A stretch of DNA of 63,307 bases, filler included, from Octopus bimaculoides (taxonomy: Eukaryota), in assembly GCF_001194135.2 (NCBI RefSeq). It is 4 parts of 3 records of this genome, joined end to end, with 100 filler letters (N's around TTAATTAATTAA, not from the genome) between each part and the next. Parts side by side here need not be neighbours in the genome. Positions count along the whole stretch, not along the records: positions 62,274 to 63,307 come from NC_068982.1; 3 more parts are not named here. One strand, written 5' to 3'. The notes beneath the pieces were generated by a model. It ran no database searches. It had not been told where the DNA came from and worked only from the letters and a program-made list of their open reading frames with translations. How positions within the stretch are numbered: the first letter of the stretch is position 1; every line of letters starts with the position of its first letter. A program made the position numbers and the translations under genes. This document shows, piece by piece, positions 62,521-63,307 of this stretch.

Positions 62521-62590
62521 TAGGTTACTGCCTGGAATCGAACTCGGAAACTTGGAATTAGTAGCCGGCGTTCTTCACCACTACGCCATA
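62456..62590 (-). mobile_element. F1 tRNA-like head + (AAT)n, minus copy
   Basis: Minus strand reads TATGGCGTAGTGGTGAAGAACGCCGGCTACTAATTCCAAGTTTCCGAGTTCGATTCCAGGCAGTAACCT(AAT)n; A box TGGCGTAGTGG, B box GTTCGATTCC. Confidence 0.8.
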
Positions 62591-62596
62591 TTCCCG

Positions 62597-62856
62597 TGGG
62601 AGTACTGGTTAAGAGCTCGGGCTACAAACCCCAACATTCCGAGTTGGATTCCAGGTAGTGACCTAATTAATAATAATAATAATAATAATGATAACATCGA
62701 AAAATACCTTAGGAACGAGGTCCCAGATTCGAAATTTCCCCGAGACACCTGATAAAAGCTGGAGGGTATATCAGCCGAAACAACAAACAAGATGAGGACA
62801 AATATCCGTCAAATGTAAATAACGTACATAATTCCTCATCTCTTAAATATAGAATT
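62597..62856 (+). mobile_element. F1 near-complete copy with inactivated hammerhead
   Basis: Head GGGAGTACTGGTTAAGAGCTCGGGCTAC...GAGTTGGATTCC, AAT tract, core CTGATAA (G8A), GTTGTGTTAAC deleted, tail ending TCCTCATCTCTTAAATATAGAATTG. Confidence 0.85.
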
Positions 62857-63307
62857 GGTTAACTATATCCAACAATTAGATACCAAGGTATGCAAGTATA
62901 ATACACGTCGATGGTAATTCCTAACGTATGACCACTAGATCTAAATATCAGTTCAGGAAATTCAATGAATTAGACAACAAATATACGTATAGAGAAAATC
63001 ACAACTTTAATTGTAGAATTCACCGGACAAAGTCAACGATGGTCTGCATAGTATTCACGTATTTCGATATAGAAAATATCATTGGCATTAACATTTCCGA
63101 ACACACTTTGAATTTAACTAATTTTGCATCGCCTTGGAAACGTTGTATTAGTATATATGTTCGGGAATATTAATTTTCAACGTCATTTGATACATCAAAA
63201 TGTTAACACACTAGAAATTATTGTCCGCTTTGTGAGGTAAAACCTACAATTAAATCTCTGATTTTCTGCATTGCTCATTTTTGTTATATATATACATACA
63301 CACACAC

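Noticed and set aside
62522-62664. tRNA-like sequences (also the SINE A and B heads)
   Set aside because: A and B boxes are present but no acceptor stem or complete cloverleaf forms. These are SINE heads, not tRNA genes.
1-63307. CRISPR array, rRNA, prokaryotic operon features
   Set aside because: There are no constant repeats with unique fixed-length spacers and no rRNA-like sequence; the DNA is eukaryotic and intronic.

Overview
This is AT-rich eukaryotic genomic DNA, about 9 kb of which is N gaps. It is dense in (TA)n, (CA)n, (TAGA)n, (TACA)n and (AAT)n microsatellites. The SINE families and repeat landscape suggest a coleoid cephalopod, probably Octopus; that is inference, not a database match. 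Almost the whole window looks intronic. Three phase-compatible + strand exons (35351-35473, 36225-36280, 41831-42109) encode the end of one cadherin repeat, a complete membrane-proximal cadherin repeat and a transmembrane helix of a multi-exon non-classical cadherin. Flanking exons are only candidates. The rest is transposon debris: two abundant tRNA-derived SINE families, Penelope-like (PLE) ORF fragments, several R4/Dong-like RLE LINE fragments, an RTE 3' end, a solo LINE ORF1, Tc1/mariner fossils and fold-back elements. The most notable signal is a set of at least three unrelated short repeat families, each folding into a minimal type-I hammerhead ribozyme with a palindromic stem III. One family has a tRNA-like Pol III head, one carries an A6U core variant, and one carries a compensatory G3-C8 core swap. 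They repeatedly occur as back-to-back inverted pairs, and one is physically joined to a PLE ORF. Ribozyme activity is predicted from sequence only. I found no CRISPR array, rRNA or intact tRNA gene, and nearly all ORFs in the track are microsatellite or N artefacts.
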